A stretch of 64,000 bases of DNA from a virus (lineage: Duplodnaviria; Caudoviricetes), in IMG/VR virus record IMGVR_UViG_3300021978_000001, positions 32,001 through 96,000 of that record. The stretch is one strand, 5' to 3'. Of the stretch, positions 26,515 to 36,227 are shown in pieces (the first letter of the stretch is position 1; every line of letters starts with the position of its first letter). Position numbers and translations under genes: made by a program. The notes under the pieces were generated by a model, which made no database searches, had not been told where the DNA came from, and worked only from the letters and a program-made list of their open reading frames with translations.

Positions 26515-29510
26515 TACACTTCACCCCCCTGCTCTTCCCACAGAGGGCGGTCACCTGCGTCCTCGTCGTCCTCGTCAAGGCCCGCCAGCACTTCTTCCAT
26601 GGTCGAGGCCGCGTTCAAGGTCGCGCGCGTCTCTCGGGCTTGCTGGAGGCGTTCCTCGCGCGCCTGCTCACGTTCTTCTTGCTGCTGGACCCGGAAGTCC
26701 GTGTCTGCTTGCATCAGCGCTGCGACTTCCTCATCACTGGCGTTCAAGAGCTGCGCGTGGTTCCCGAAATCGACCTCGTTTGCGATGTACTTCGTGTCCC
26801 AATCAATCACCGCGTTGAAAGGCAAGAAGTGCGGGTTGTCCCGGTTCTTGAGGCAGCCGAACTTGGTCCGCGCGCGGGCACGCAGGTCCGTGTCCAGGAA
26901 CGTGGTCGTGATGACATCGCTCGAACGCTCGGCTTCGTTGGCATCTGCGAGCGCCTGCATTTTGTACACACCATCGTTCTTCTCTGCGTCGAGCTTTCCC
27001 TGACGGTTGATCTGCAAGAGACCGAGCAAGGCCAGGCGCTCACCCTGGTTAAAGCTCAAAGCGAGCCGCTTCGCGTCACGCAAGATCGAGTTCAGGTCCG
27101 TGTAATAGTTCCCCGAATACTGCGCAGGCTTCATCAAGGCAAAGTGGTCGATCACGCACATATGCACGGGCACCTGCGCGTGACGAAGCTCCAACGCTTG
27201 TTTGAGCTTCGGGACCGTCATGTCTTCGTCCGGGGAATGCACATACAGCGAACCGTAACCGCGACCACGGTTCTGCTCGATGTCGTCGATGATGTGGTAG
27301 TAAAATTCGAGCTGGTGTTCGGAGATGGGGTTCCCCTCCTCGTCCTCCCCGTCACGCACGAGGCGGTAGGTGAGCTTTGGCCAGCCTTGCCCCTGGAACT
27401 TCGGGTGGTTGCTGTGCATCACGTACATGATGCGTTGGAGCTGATCGACGGGCATCTCCAACGAGAGGTAGTACACGTTCCACTGCAACAGGAACGCCGC
27501 GCGATACACCCAGTTCAATGCGAAGGTGGTGTTATGGGTGATCACATCATTGACCACAAAGCTATGGTGCTCGGGCACGCTCAGGTCATACGTCATCTCC
27601 TGGCCCTTGAGCGTGATGCTTTCGATCTGATCCCACGCCACATCACCCTCCAGGTGCCGCTCAAGCTCCGGGTCGAGCTGCGCGAAAAGCCGCAAGCCGT
27701 CCCCAGTGATGCTCTCGCGTTTTTGTGCTTGGCCCGCGTAACGCCAGGAGCCGGTATGTGAAGTCACGCGCTGCATAGGGTCGAGGTGCGCTATCAAGTC
27801 TGTCGGGAAGATACGATCATCCACCGCGCGCAAGCGAGACTGGAGCACATCGAAGCGCTCTTGCTTACCTGGAACGCGAATACGCTCACAGAAAGCACGC
27901 TTACCCGGGTTTGTGGTGACGCGAACGGTGTAGAAGAGATAGGGTTCTCCCTTGTAGGTAGTCTCCACTTCACGCACCGTCGAGGGGATAGCCAGGCGCA
28001 GCAGCAAACCTTGAACGCCCTGAGCCAGCTCCTTGCTGACCGAGGCATAGGTGATGTCGTTCCGCTTGCTCAAGGAGACACGATCCTCGCGTGCATGATC
28101 TCCTGCGTGACACGACCCATCGGTTGCCCACAGCGCACCCAAGAGCAGTTCGATCTGGGCTTCAGGCAATCCGAACAACTCACCAGGGATGAACTTCGAG
28201 TGGGAATTGGTATCCCACAGCCCCAGCCGCGTGAGAAGGCTCCTCAAAGGAGCTTGAGGACGTGCCGTACATCCTACCCATTTACAGTGCGGTCGTGTAG
28301 AAGAGGTATACTCACGGTACCAATTCTCGATACCGTCTTCGCCGGTAGCATAGCCCTCAGAGTGTCCGAGCGCCTGCAAACACCGAATGTAATTTTGACG
28401 TACCTCAACATTAGCAGCGGCCAACACACAGGTATAATCAGTGATTTGACCATCTCCCAGGAGAAATCCGATCGCTTCGACTTCTGCATCGGTGAAGTCC
28501 TCACGCGGCTCGGGCACGCGCATCACCGAAGGCACTCCGACCCAATCGCCAGCGGACAGCTCTTTAAGCTCGACCCAGGTGCCACCTTGTTTCGAGGACC
28601 ACAGCGGGTGGTTATCCGTAATCTCCAACTCACGGCCACTCTTGAGCTTGACCGTGTAGACATCCCGGACACCATTCTCGACCAAGTGCGAGGCTTGAGC
28701 CTGCACCAGCAGTGGCTCGGCGCCCTCTTGCTTGAGCGCGGTGATCACGGGCTGCGCACCTCCCGCCTGCACGCGATCGTAGAGGTTTTTGGCCGTCTCC
28801 AACTTTTTCGTCGAATGGTCGAAGATTTGGCACGAGCCTTGAAAACACTTCAGCTCTCCTGTGAACGCGGCGTGAGTCCACAGCTCGCCGGGCTTCAAGC
28901 CACGACATACGAGGTCAATGTCTTCGAGGCCGCACAAGCAACCCCATGTCAGCTTATCTGCGGTCAGGACGCGTTGGATCTCGTCACGCGCGGCGTCCGT
29001 GTCTTCGATGATGTCAGCCTTGGTGCGTGCTCCCGATTCGTGATTGATCAAGCCATCGGCTTGCTTCATCAGGTAGAGCATCGCGTCTCGGTACCCCTTG
29101 TAGTGTACCGTCTCACGCCCCTCCTTGATCGCGACCCCATCGAAGAGGATGTCATTGGCCATCTTGAGCGCGAGGTGCATGTCCCCCTGGCGCTGGCTCT
29201 CGACCTCGATGTGAATCAACCGTTGATAATCCGCGCCCGTGTAGGTCACGGGGACCGCCTGAATCTCCTTGAGGCGTTCAGCGGTCGTGAGATCACCCTC
29301 GCGGTCGAGGAAGTCGAGCACCGAGCGGCTCGTGGGAAGCTGACCATATTGGGAAGCAAAGCCCTGGACATAATCATAGATCTGACGGTCCTCCTCGTTC
29401 ATGAACCTCAAGTCCATGGTCGAGACCGTCAGGTAGTTATCTTTGAGTTCTTTCTGGGTGAGCTTGCCATCGACATCGAGCAGGCTTCGCAGGATCTTGG
29501 GGAGGGACAT
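26514..29510 (-). CDS. dnaB: DnaB-like replicative helicase precursor containing one intein
   Basis: GLKPGELWTHAAFTGELK/TTFALN (Walker A split by intein), YLSLEM, CVIDHFALM, LLQINRQG, EAERSSDVI, CLKNRD. Confidence 0.88.
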   Translation of the reverse strand: MSLPKILRSLLDVDGKLTQKELKDNYLTVSTMDLRFMNEEDRQIYDYVQGFASQYGQLPTSRSVLDFLDREGDLTTAERLKEIQAVPVTYTGADYQRLIHIEVESQRQGDMHLALKMANDILFDGVAIKEGRETVHYKGYRDAMLYLMKQADGLINHESGARTKADIIEDTDAARDEIQRVLTADKLTWGCLCGLEDIDLVCRGLKPGELWTHAAFTGELKCFQGSCQIFDHSTKKLETAKNLYDRVQAGGAQPVITALKQEGAEPLLVQAQASHLVENGVRDVYTVKLKSGRELEITDNHPLWSSKQGGTWVELKELSAGDWVGVPSVMRVPEPREDFTDAEVEAIGFLLGDGQITDYTCVLAAANVEVRQNYIRCLQALGHSEGYATGEDGIENWYREYTSSTRPHCKWVGCTARPQAPLRSLLTRLGLWDTNSHSKFIPGELFGLPEAQIELLLGALWATDGSCHAGDHAREDRVSLSKRNDITYASVSKELAQGVQGLLLRLAIPSTVREVETTYKGEPYLFYTVRVTTNPGKRAFCERIRVPGKQERFDVLQSRLRAVDDRIFPTDLIAHLDPMQRVTSHTGSWRYAGQAQKRESITGDGLRLFAQLDPELERHLEGDVAWDQIESITLKGQEMTYDLSVPEHHSFVVNDVITHNTTFALNWVYRAAFLLQWNVYYLSLEMPVDQLQRIMYVMHSNHPKFQGQGWPKLTYRLVRDGEDEEGNPISEHQLEFYYHIIDDIEQNRGRGYGSLYVHSPDEDMTVPKLKQALELRHAQVPVHMCVIDHFALMKPAQYSGNYYTDLNSILRDAKRLALSFNQGERLALLGLLQINRQGKLDAEKNDGVYKMQALADANEAERSSDVITTTFLDTDLRARARTKFGCLKNRDNPHFLPFNAVIDWDTKYIANEVDFGNHAQLLNASDEEVAALMQADTDFRVQQQEEREQAREERLQQARETRATLNAASTMEEVLAGLDEDDEDAGDRPLWEEQGGEV
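27531..28847 (-). mobile_element. Intein (439 aa) with LAGLIDADG homing endonuclease in DnaB P-loop
   Basis: Starts CFQGSCQI after K, ends FVVNDVITHN before T; endonuclease blocks AIGFLLGDG and LGALWATDG. Confidence 0.93.
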
Positions 29511-29587
29511 TCGACTTCTCTACGCGGTAAATGTTCGTGTGGTGGACTTCGTGTTCGTGGCGCGGGTTCGTGGCGCGCGTGCTCAGG

Positions 29588-30382
29588 TCACTTGAAAATG
29601 TCACGCGTCGCGTGCTTGAGGTGACGGCTCTTCTTGACCTCCGGGTCGCCCTGTCCCGAATCCTGGTCTTCATCATCCATTGACATGACCCCTTCATACA
29701 GGGACTTGCCGGGCTTGCTTGGCTTGATCGTGCACAGCTCGAAGTTCTCCACCAGGTATTCCTCGCCTTCAGGAGAGTAGGCGAGGTGACCCTGAACAAA
29801 AGGCTTCTGGTGACTCGCGATCACCCAGGTGGGCTTACCCGCAAACTCTCGGATACGCAAGGCTTCGAGTAACACACCAGGCAACGCGCGGTTGCTGTAG
29901 CTCATGACCCCCAAAAACAGGATCATCAACGTGGGGTCTTCCACCAGGTCGCGCAAGCTCGTATACGTCACCGAGGTCGAACCGTCTTCCTTGGAGGACT
30001 CTTTGTCCTTGGCGAGCCAGGCATCCATCAATGCGCTGTCGTTGGTGATCCGGTGGAAAAACTTGGTGCCCTGGCAAATCAGGGCGTGCCTGATATGAGG
30101 CAGGATGTCGCGCCTGTTGGCTTTGATGAAGAGTGAGCTGCGCACCTTATTGGTGTACGGGCTTTCTTCCAGAGGTTGGGCGTTGTAGATCTCTCGACCC
30201 AACGAGGCTTCATAGATGCGGCGCAAGGTGCATACGCAAGGACGCCTGTATTCGTTGTTGTTGCCCATCGGAAGGTATTGCCGTCCCTGACAGATCGGAC
30301 ATTCGTGCTTTTCCTTGGGCTTGTCCTCGTCCTTGATCCACTTGTGCTTGTCTTTCGGGGGCTTCAGGGTCTTGCTCGTCAT
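29588..30382 (-). CDS. DnaC/IstB-like helicase-loader homologue with degenerate ATPase motifs
   Basis: N-terminal CPICQG...PCVC, LVEDPTLMILFLG at the Walker B position, LLEALRIREFAGKPTWVIAS; directly upstream of dnaB; no GxxGxGKT. Confidence 0.6.
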   Translation of the reverse strand: MTSKTLKPPKDKHKWIKDEDKPKEKHECPICQGRQYLPMGNNNEYRRPCVCTLRRIYEASLGREIYNAQPLEESPYTNKVRSSLFIKANRRDILPHIRHALICQGTKFFHRITNDSALMDAWLAKDKESSKEDGSTSVTYTSLRDLVEDPTLMILFLGVMSYSNRALPGVLLEALRIREFAGKPTWVIASHQKPFVQGHLAYSPEGEEYLVENFELCTIKPSKPGKSLYEGVMSMDDEDQDSGQGDPEVKKSRHLKHATRDIFK

Positions 30383-30483
30383 ATTCGGTCTCGTCTTTTA
30401 TGTCTTATCTTGCTCTTATCTTGCTCGAAGCGCCTCGAAGTGCCATGCAGCGCCTCTGGGTCTAGCCTCGTTGTTGGCCGTGA

Positions 30484-33400
30484 TCAGGTGGAGTCCTGAG
30501 ACTCACGCACGGATTGCAACATCGCATCATAGAGCGCGCGAGTCGGAGAGGACTCTCCAAATATGAAATCCTCTTCCTGACCTTCCTGATTGCCCAGCAA
30601 GCGCTGCCCGAGCGCGCCCTCGATGTATCCCATCTTGCGATCCAGGGTCTTGGCGACGTGGCGATCAATCGTCGCCTCACCGAAGGGACCTTCCGAGATC
30701 ATGTGAATAGCATACACGGATTGGTGCGGTGAGCCAATACGAATCATTCGACCAACGAGCTGAAGATAATCCCCTGCGGACCATGGGAGGTCAAAGAAGA
30801 CCATCACGCGTGCTTCCTGGAGGTTCAAGGCTTCTGCGCCCGCCATGGTCAAGAAGATGAGGTTTGTGCCTTCCGTACCAACAAACGCCTGCCTCCCCGC
30901 TTCACGCTCCTCGCTCGACTCCGCACCTGTGACACGTACCAAGCCTTGCTTGCACTCTGTGCGCGGTTGCCATTCTCCTGTGTGATCTTGAGCGATGCCG
31001 AGTTCGTAACCCTTGTCTGCCAGTAGCTCCTGGAGACGGTCCACCATCTTACGAAAGCGCGTGAAGACAATCACCTTCTCCCCTGCAAGCTCGCCTTCGA
31101 GCATATCCATCAACATCTCGACCTTGTGCGAGATGCCTTCATTGCCGATCAGGTAGAGGTCATTGACGATCTCCTGGCAATAAATGAGCTGCGTGAGGTG
31201 ACTGGTCTCCACCGCAGCATCATCTGCATCAGGGTCAATCAAGCTCGCCTCTGCGACCATCTCGTGAGCCTCGTTCACCGTCAAGAGACCCTCTACCGCG
31301 TCCTGGTAGTGCTTCCACTGGGACCGAGACATCGGCACCACGACTTCCTTCGTGGTGAGCGTCGGGAGTTCCTTGGCGACCGTGTGCTTGGCTCGTCCAA
31401 GGTAGTAGGGGTCGATGCGCTCTCGGAAAAGCTGGACGTGATCTCGGGAGTGTCCTACAATCACGGGCACCTTGCGCCCCCTCCCGATGGGCTGCATCTT
31501 GGTGACACAGAAGTTGCGCATGAAGCCCTTCTCCGAGCTGAAGAGCCCAGGCACGACCACCGAGTAGATGCCAAACCCTTCGAGGAGGTTGTTCTTGATA
31601 AGGGTTGCCGTGATGCCATAGGCGCGCCACGCGTGCTCTGCGAGTCTCTTGGCGGCGGTATGTGTCGCAGATGAGGGAGACTTCACCGCAGCACAGTTAG
31701 AGACCAGGGTGCCTCCTGCGAAGTAATTATGATTCCCCTCTACCTCCAAATCATACACATATTTTTCAGGACGTGCAGGTTCCCATGCCTCTACAGAAAC
31801 CACATGATCAATCACCGTAGCATCAAGAGAAGGCATATCAGGAGACACATAGGGATCATGGTCGGGAAACTTGTACTCAACACCAGGCAAGGCGCCAGGG
31901 AGGAGGTCCAAGAAGGCGCGCGCTGCTTCATCCGGGAGATAAATCACATAGAAGTCTCCTGTGCGTCCCTTACGCGTCTTGACTTGAGCATCTACGCCCC
32001 ACTTCCAACGCAACCATCCAGCCAAAAGCTCATTTTCTTCTCGCGTAAAACCATGCGTACTCAACTCGATCTGGTAAACGCGACGACCCTTTTTACGCTC
32101 TCTCACGGACAGCGAACCATCGTCGGCATACCAAACAGCCAACCCCAATGGCTCGATCTTATCCAACCACGCGGTAGTGATCTGCTTTCGATTTTTATAA
32201 AACCCGGCTGTCTTGATCGTAGCGGTGATATGCGCATTCGCATGAGTATTGAAACACAAGGTCGAGGAACCTCCTTCGTAGCCAGAAGGCTCTTCACGTA
32301 GAGAAGAGGTACCCAGGGTACCCAAAACCTTCTGTTTCCACTCCATATAGTCGGACTGAGCTATGCCTTGCCTGAAAGCAACGGAAGGACACGCACGTTG
32401 AGGGTTGGAGAGAGAGGCATCTCCCAGTAATCCCCCATAAATGATCTGCTGTTGCTCTGTTGTTGGAGGCTTGCTGTTGAAATGGAGAACTTGGTCACCA
32501 GGCTTGAGCTTGCTGGCTCGAACCTTTGTGCCATCAGGACGATAAATCTTGTGCGTAGACGTACAGCGCACGCTGTTACCATGCGCAAAGGTGATTTTAA
32601 GCATTTTGTGCTTTTTGGTCACTTTGTTGCGCCACCAATTCACCACACGTCTAGGCTCTGTTTTACCTGTCTCAAAATTATAACTCATCACTTCTACATC
32701 TAACTTTTGGCACACAATCTTGCCGATCAGTTCCGTTGTACCATCCGCGAGCAGCACAGGAGTGTGATAATCAAAGCATTCATCCATCCACAAGGCGTAC
32801 TGGCGCCCGTCAAGGTGCTTCTTGAGCGTGCGGTAGTCGATGCGCATGCGCGGGTAGTTCAAGATCAGGACGCTGGGGTTCTCGGGGGACCACTCCTCGA
32901 AGAACTCATCATAGATCTTCTTGCGCTTGTCCGGGCCGCCATCGACCACCACGGTATCCACCCCGTTCGTGAACTTGTGAAACTCACCTGCCCATTGACG
33001 CATGGCGCTGGTGGTTGTGATCACGATCGGGATCAGGTTGGGTTCCCTGGTCCACATGTAGCACTGTGAGGAGATACACTCGGCGGTGTTATGACTGACC
33101 ACACCGTTGGCGACGAACCAGTGGCGGGGATCATCAACCTCGATGTCGAAAACCTCTGCTTCTCCCTCGGTGAGAGATACCACGGGATCGTAGAAGTAGC
33201 ACGACTCTTGGAGCGCGTTCAGATTTTGCCACGCAGACGTCCCCGTAAGCCCATGCTGCGCGCACACATCGAGGTAGTGCTCTAAAAATGCGTAGGAAGG
33301 GTTACGACCCCGGTTTCGGATGTTATTGAGCGTGTTGACGAAAGAGCAACCGAATTGCTTGAGGCCACTGCCCTTTCTATTCCCATTCCCCCCCGAACGC

Positions 33401-34662
33401 GACGTGACCGCTTTGAGGCGCGCTCGCAAGGGTTCGATCAAGGACTTGCAGCAGGGTATAACATCGTGATTCGGGTTCATCGAACGGTCGAGAGCGCTCT
33501 CCAAGGCGTCTCTCTTCCTGGAGGACACGAAGCCAATCTTGTCACGAAAGGCACGAGCATCTTGGCCGAAGATCGTCAGGCGCCAGTACGTGTTGTGTTC
33601 ATAATTCTTGACCACTTTCTCGCTACGGTTACTGACAATACCAAAGCGCGTGAGCATGATTTGGACCACGCGCCCAAGCTCTTCGGATGCAGTTGAAAAT
33701 TCAATACCACCACAGGGAAGCACGTGACCTTCACCTTCAAACAGCCCTCTCAGGAACTCGACGTTGCTTTCTCGGGTAGAACAGAGGATGAAATTTGGGA
33801 CTTGTTTATCCGCTGCTAGACCTTTATTCAAGCCGTTTTGCTTGAGGAAGTCGATAATTTGCACACTAGATACTAACTTATCTTTTACATCTGAAAGATC
33901 ATATCCAAATAAAGTAGAGGTAAGATGTCGAATATCTTCGTGGATCTCATGATTACGCTCTGGACATTGGGATATACTCAGGGTGTAATCGTTATTGAAC
34001 CAACCTTCCCCTACCACGTAACCGATCCAACGCGCAAAATCACCTGTTACCTTCGTAGGTAATTTATGAGATTTTGCCCAAGGCGATAAAGCTATATCGG
34101 TATCCAGAGTCGGTTCTTCAAGGGGAAAATCCATCTCACGTCTCTCGACGCAGATGTAATCCCCTTCTCGGAGATCTCGCATTTCTACCCATTGATGTTT
34201 GCAATCCCTCCACACGAGAAGCGGGTGGACTCTCGAACCCTCCACCTCGAAGTTGTAACGTGTACGCATCTTGATGGTCGGCTTTACCCCACCGTAATAA
34301 AAATTCTTGACAGGCAGTTTCTCTTCGTTCACGAGAACATGCCAATCCTGATCAACGGGCGCGAACGTGTCGGGTTCCATTCCCGACCAGTCATGCATAT
34401 CACCGATCTTGGTAAGGCCGTAAGTAGTTGTTACTAAAGAGTTTTTGGTCAGGCACTTGCCGAGCCCCGTATCGTCACCAACCACGAAGCGCTTGCGCAT
34501 CAGGAGGTGCATGACCATCTGTTTCTGGTAGTGACGCAAGGCAAACTCGACCTGCTCGCCGTTGGATTTGGTGATGTGCGTGACCAGGCGATCACAGGGG
34601 GGTAGGTCGATGGTCTCTGCTGCGCGGATGCGCTTGAGCTTCTCGTAGGTCTTATCTGACAT
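30484..34662 (-). CDS. SNF2-family helicase/ATPase precursor containing two inteins
   Basis: LRHYQ, GDDTGLGK/T, MDE/CA, GITATLIKNNL, KVIVFTRF, AGAEALNLQEA, DLPWSAGDYLQLVGRMIRIG. Confidence 0.92.
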   Translation of the reverse strand: MSDKTYEKLKRIRAAETIDLPPCDRLVTHITKSNGEQVEFALRHYQKQMVMHLLMRKRFVVGDDTGLGKCLTKNSLVTTTYGLTKIGDMHDWSGMEPDTFAPVDQDWHVLVNEEKLPVKNFYYGGVKPTIKMRTRYNFEVEGSRVHPLLVWRDCKHQWVEMRDLREGDYICVERREMDFPLEEPTLDTDIALSPWAKSHKLPTKVTGDFARWIGYVVGEGWFNNDYTLSISQCPERNHEIHEDIRHLTSTLFGYDLSDVKDKLVSSVQIIDFLKQNGLNKGLAADKQVPNFILCSTRESNVEFLRGLFEGEGHVLPCGGIEFSTASEELGRVVQIMLTRFGIVSNRSEKVVKNYEHNTYWRLTIFGQDARAFRDKIGFVSSRKRDALESALDRSMNPNHDVIPCCKSLIEPLRARLKAVTSRSGGNGNRKGSGLKQFGCSFVNTLNNIRNRGRNPSYAFLEHYLDVCAQHGLTGTSAWQNLNALQESCYFYDPVVSLTEGEAEVFDIEVDDPRHWFVANGVVSHNTAECISSQCYMWTREPNLIPIVITTTSAMRQWAGEFHKFTNGVDTVVVDGGPDKRKKIYDEFFEEWSPENPSVLILNYPRMRIDYRTLKKHLDGRQYALWMDECFDYHTPVLLADGTTELIGKIVCQKLDVEVMSYNFETGKTEPRRVVNWWRNKVTKKHKMLKITFAHGNSVRCTSTHKIYRPDGTKVRASKLKPGDQVLHFNSKPPTTEQQQIIYGGLLGDASLSNPQRACPSVAFRQGIAQSDYMEWKQKVLGTLGTSSLREEPSGYEGGSSTLCFNTHANAHITATIKTAGFYKNRKQITTAWLDKIEPLGLAVWYADDGSLSVRERKKGRRVYQIELSTHGFTREENELLAGWLRWKWGVDAQVKTRKGRTGDFYVIYLPDEAARAFLDLLPGALPGVEYKFPDHDPYVSPDMPSLDATVIDHVVSVEAWEPARPEKYVYDLEVEGNHNYFAGGTLVSNCAAVKSPSSATHTAAKRLAEHAWRAYGITATLIKNNLLEGFGIYSVVVPGLFSSEKGFMRNFCVTKMQPIGRGRKVPVIVGHSRDHVQLFRERIDPYYLGRAKHTVAKELPTLTTKEVVVPMSRSQWKHYQDAVEGLLTVNEAHEMVAEASLIDPDADDAAVETSHLTQLIYCQEIVNDLYLIGNEGISHKVEMLMDMLEGELAGEKVIVFTRFRKMVDRLQELLADKGYELGIAQDHTGEWQPRTECKQGLVRVTGAESSEEREAGRQAFVGTEGTNLIFLTMAGAEALNLQEARVMVFFDLPWSAGDYLQLVGRMIRIGSPHQSVYAIHMISEGPFGEATIDRHVAKTLDRKMGYIEGALGQRLLGNQEGQEEDFIFGESSPTRALYDAMLQSVRESQDST
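31696..32778 (-). mobile_element. Intein (361 aa) with LAGLIDADG endonuclease at SNF2 Walker B
   Basis: Starts CFDYHTPVLLADG after DE, ends YDLEVEGNHNYFAGGTLVSN before C; GGLLGDAS and AVWYADDGS blocks. Confidence 0.92.
33088..34455 (-). mobile_element. Intein (456 aa) with LAGLIDADG endonuclease at SNF2 Walker A
   Basis: Starts CLTKNSLV after GK, ends FDIEVDDPRHWFVANGVVSHN before T; GYVVGEG and FLRGLFEGEG blocks. Confidence 0.93.
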
Positions 34663-34709
34663 GACTTCCTCTTCTGGGGGGCGAATAAACGGAGCGCGGG
34701 CAGGGACAT

Positions 34710-35009
34710 TCAGCCCATCAACAGCTCGTACACATACATCATCAACTGGCGGCGATGTTCGCTCGCGGGAGGGTTGTTGATCAGCGCGAGCATCTCGCCT
34801 TCGGTGACGCCATGTGCGCGTGCTACCTCGCGGAGCTTCCGGTCACACAGGCGCGTGATCGCAGGCTCCATCTCCTTGATGAGCCATTCCCGGTACTCCT
34901 CGAAGGCGTCGCGCTTGGGGCCAGTATGGGGTCGTCTGTTACGCATGATTGCCTCGACCGCTTTCTGCGCTGCTTCGAGGGGCATCTCTTTATGATTTGG
35001 ATTGCTCAT
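34710..35009 (-). CDS. Hypothetical protein (99 aa)
   Basis: Starts 8 nt after the upstream stop; helical, charged. Confidence 0.65.
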   Translation of the reverse strand: MSNPNHKEMPLEAAQKAVEAIMRNRRPHTGPKRDAFEEYREWLIKEMEPAITRLCDRKLREVARAHGVTEGEMLALINNPPASEHRRQLMMYVYELLMG

Positions 35010-35017
35010 GTGTGATC

Positions 35018-35665
35018 TCAGTTGAAAGAAAGGCTCAAGCCAAAGATGGGCATCAACTCCCAGGTACCGTACTCGATAGCAGCACCACCGAAGAAATCGA
35101 GGTTCTTGGTGATGTCTGCCCCGAGGCTGATTCCACCATGTTGGAACCCGGTCTGCGCCTGGACATGTAGCATACGCCAGAAGAACGGCTCGAACACGAG
35201 CGCAGGGTCAAACATCGAGGGGAGGTCTTCGCCAAGGTTTGCGGGCAACCAGGTAACCCCCACCTTGACCCGCAAGCGCAAGCCCCATTCCGGTTCCACG
35301 GGAGGTTTGGGTTTTGTGATCGCGACGTTGTTTTCAGTCTCGAAACCGAGCTTGAACTCACACCACTCGATCTTGCCCGTGAGCTTATCATCCGTGAAGA
35401 CCTGACCGTCCTGGGTGATGACGATCTTTTGCTCGTCAAAGGTCAGCCGCATGCGCCCCTGTTGAGCTTCGCGCACCAGGCAGTTGTGGTGCTGGAGGAT
35501 GCGCGCGATCTCTGCGGCATCGGCTTCCTTGAGGCACTTGTATCCGGGAGGACACTCTGCCTCGCGCTCCAGACGCGCGAGGCGGCGCTCTTCGGGCTGG
35601 CTGTGCGTGATCTGAGGCATCAGGAGCACAAACGCGAGGCTCAAGAAGGCGATGATTCTGGACAT
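35018..35665 (-). CDS. Secreted / outer-membrane beta-rich protein
   Basis: Signal peptide MSRIIAFLSLAFVLLMPQITHS; alternating beta-strand C-terminus ending IFGLSLSFN; RBS AAGGAG. Confidence 0.6.
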   Translation of the reverse strand: MSRIIAFLSLAFVLLMPQITHSQPEERRLARLEREAECPPGYKCLKEADAAEIARILQHHNCLVREAQQGRMRLTFDEQKIVITQDGQVFTDDKLTGKIEWCEFKLGFETENNVAITKPKPPVEPEWGLRLRVKVGVTWLPANLGEDLPSMFDPALVFEPFFWRMLHVQAQTGFQHGGISLGADITKNLDFFGGAAIEYGTWELMPIFGLSLSFN

Positions 35666-35687
35666 GTTCGGCTCCTTTTTATGCGAA

Positions 35688-36227
35688 TCAAGAGAGCTTA
35701 TCAATGAGATCCTGTGAGACCTCTTTGGGGGCTTCGATGACGTGAATCTCGACCTTGCCAGGTTGCGTCAGGATCACGCGCTCGACGTCAGTATCCTTTA
35801 CACCCGTAGGAAGTCGGAGCTTCTTTGTCTCACCTTCTACCGTCGAGACTTCGAGGACGTTGCGATCACGGAAGGGATTTTTCTTACGATCCACGACCGT
35901 GATCTCACGCTGGGTAAACCCATGCTCATCAGGCTCACCCACTTCGATAAGCTCTCCCTGGGTATCCTTTCGCTTCGGTGGGATCTTGTTGACCTTTACC
36001 TCAAGCTCTGGATCTTTGTCAGCTTCATCATGACCAAAGAGCCACCCGAGGATACCTCCCACATTGAAAGCATCCCCGAACCCGAGCAAGAGCAGCACGA
36101 CCGCAACCACGATCACGAGGGTCGCGATCACGAGAGCCAAAGGATAGCGCAAGGTCCAGTTCCATGCAACCATGGCGCCGGACTTGATGCGCTCCCAAAG
36201 AGAGGGAGGTGTGTGTTCCTGAGTCAT
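35688..36227 (-). CDS. Inner-membrane-anchored protein (N-terminal TM plus soluble domain)
   Basis: Hydrophobic LALVIATLVIVVAVVLLLLGF; ATGA-coupled to the upstream gene. Confidence 0.7.
   Translation of the reverse strand: MTQEHTPPSLWERIKSGAMVAWNWTLRYPLALVIATLVIVVAVVLLLLGFGDAFNVGGILGWLFGHDEADKDPELEVKVNKIPPKRKDTQGELIEVGEPDEHGFTQREITVVDRKKNPFRDRNVLEVSTVEGETKKLRLPTGVKDTDVERVILTQPGKVEIHVIEAPKEVSQDLIDKLS

Noticed and set aside
29588-30382. DnaC-like ORF as a pseudogene
   Set aside because: Uninterrupted 264-aa reading frame with an intact Zn finger and normal operon spacing; more consistent with a functional, catalytically degenerate protein.
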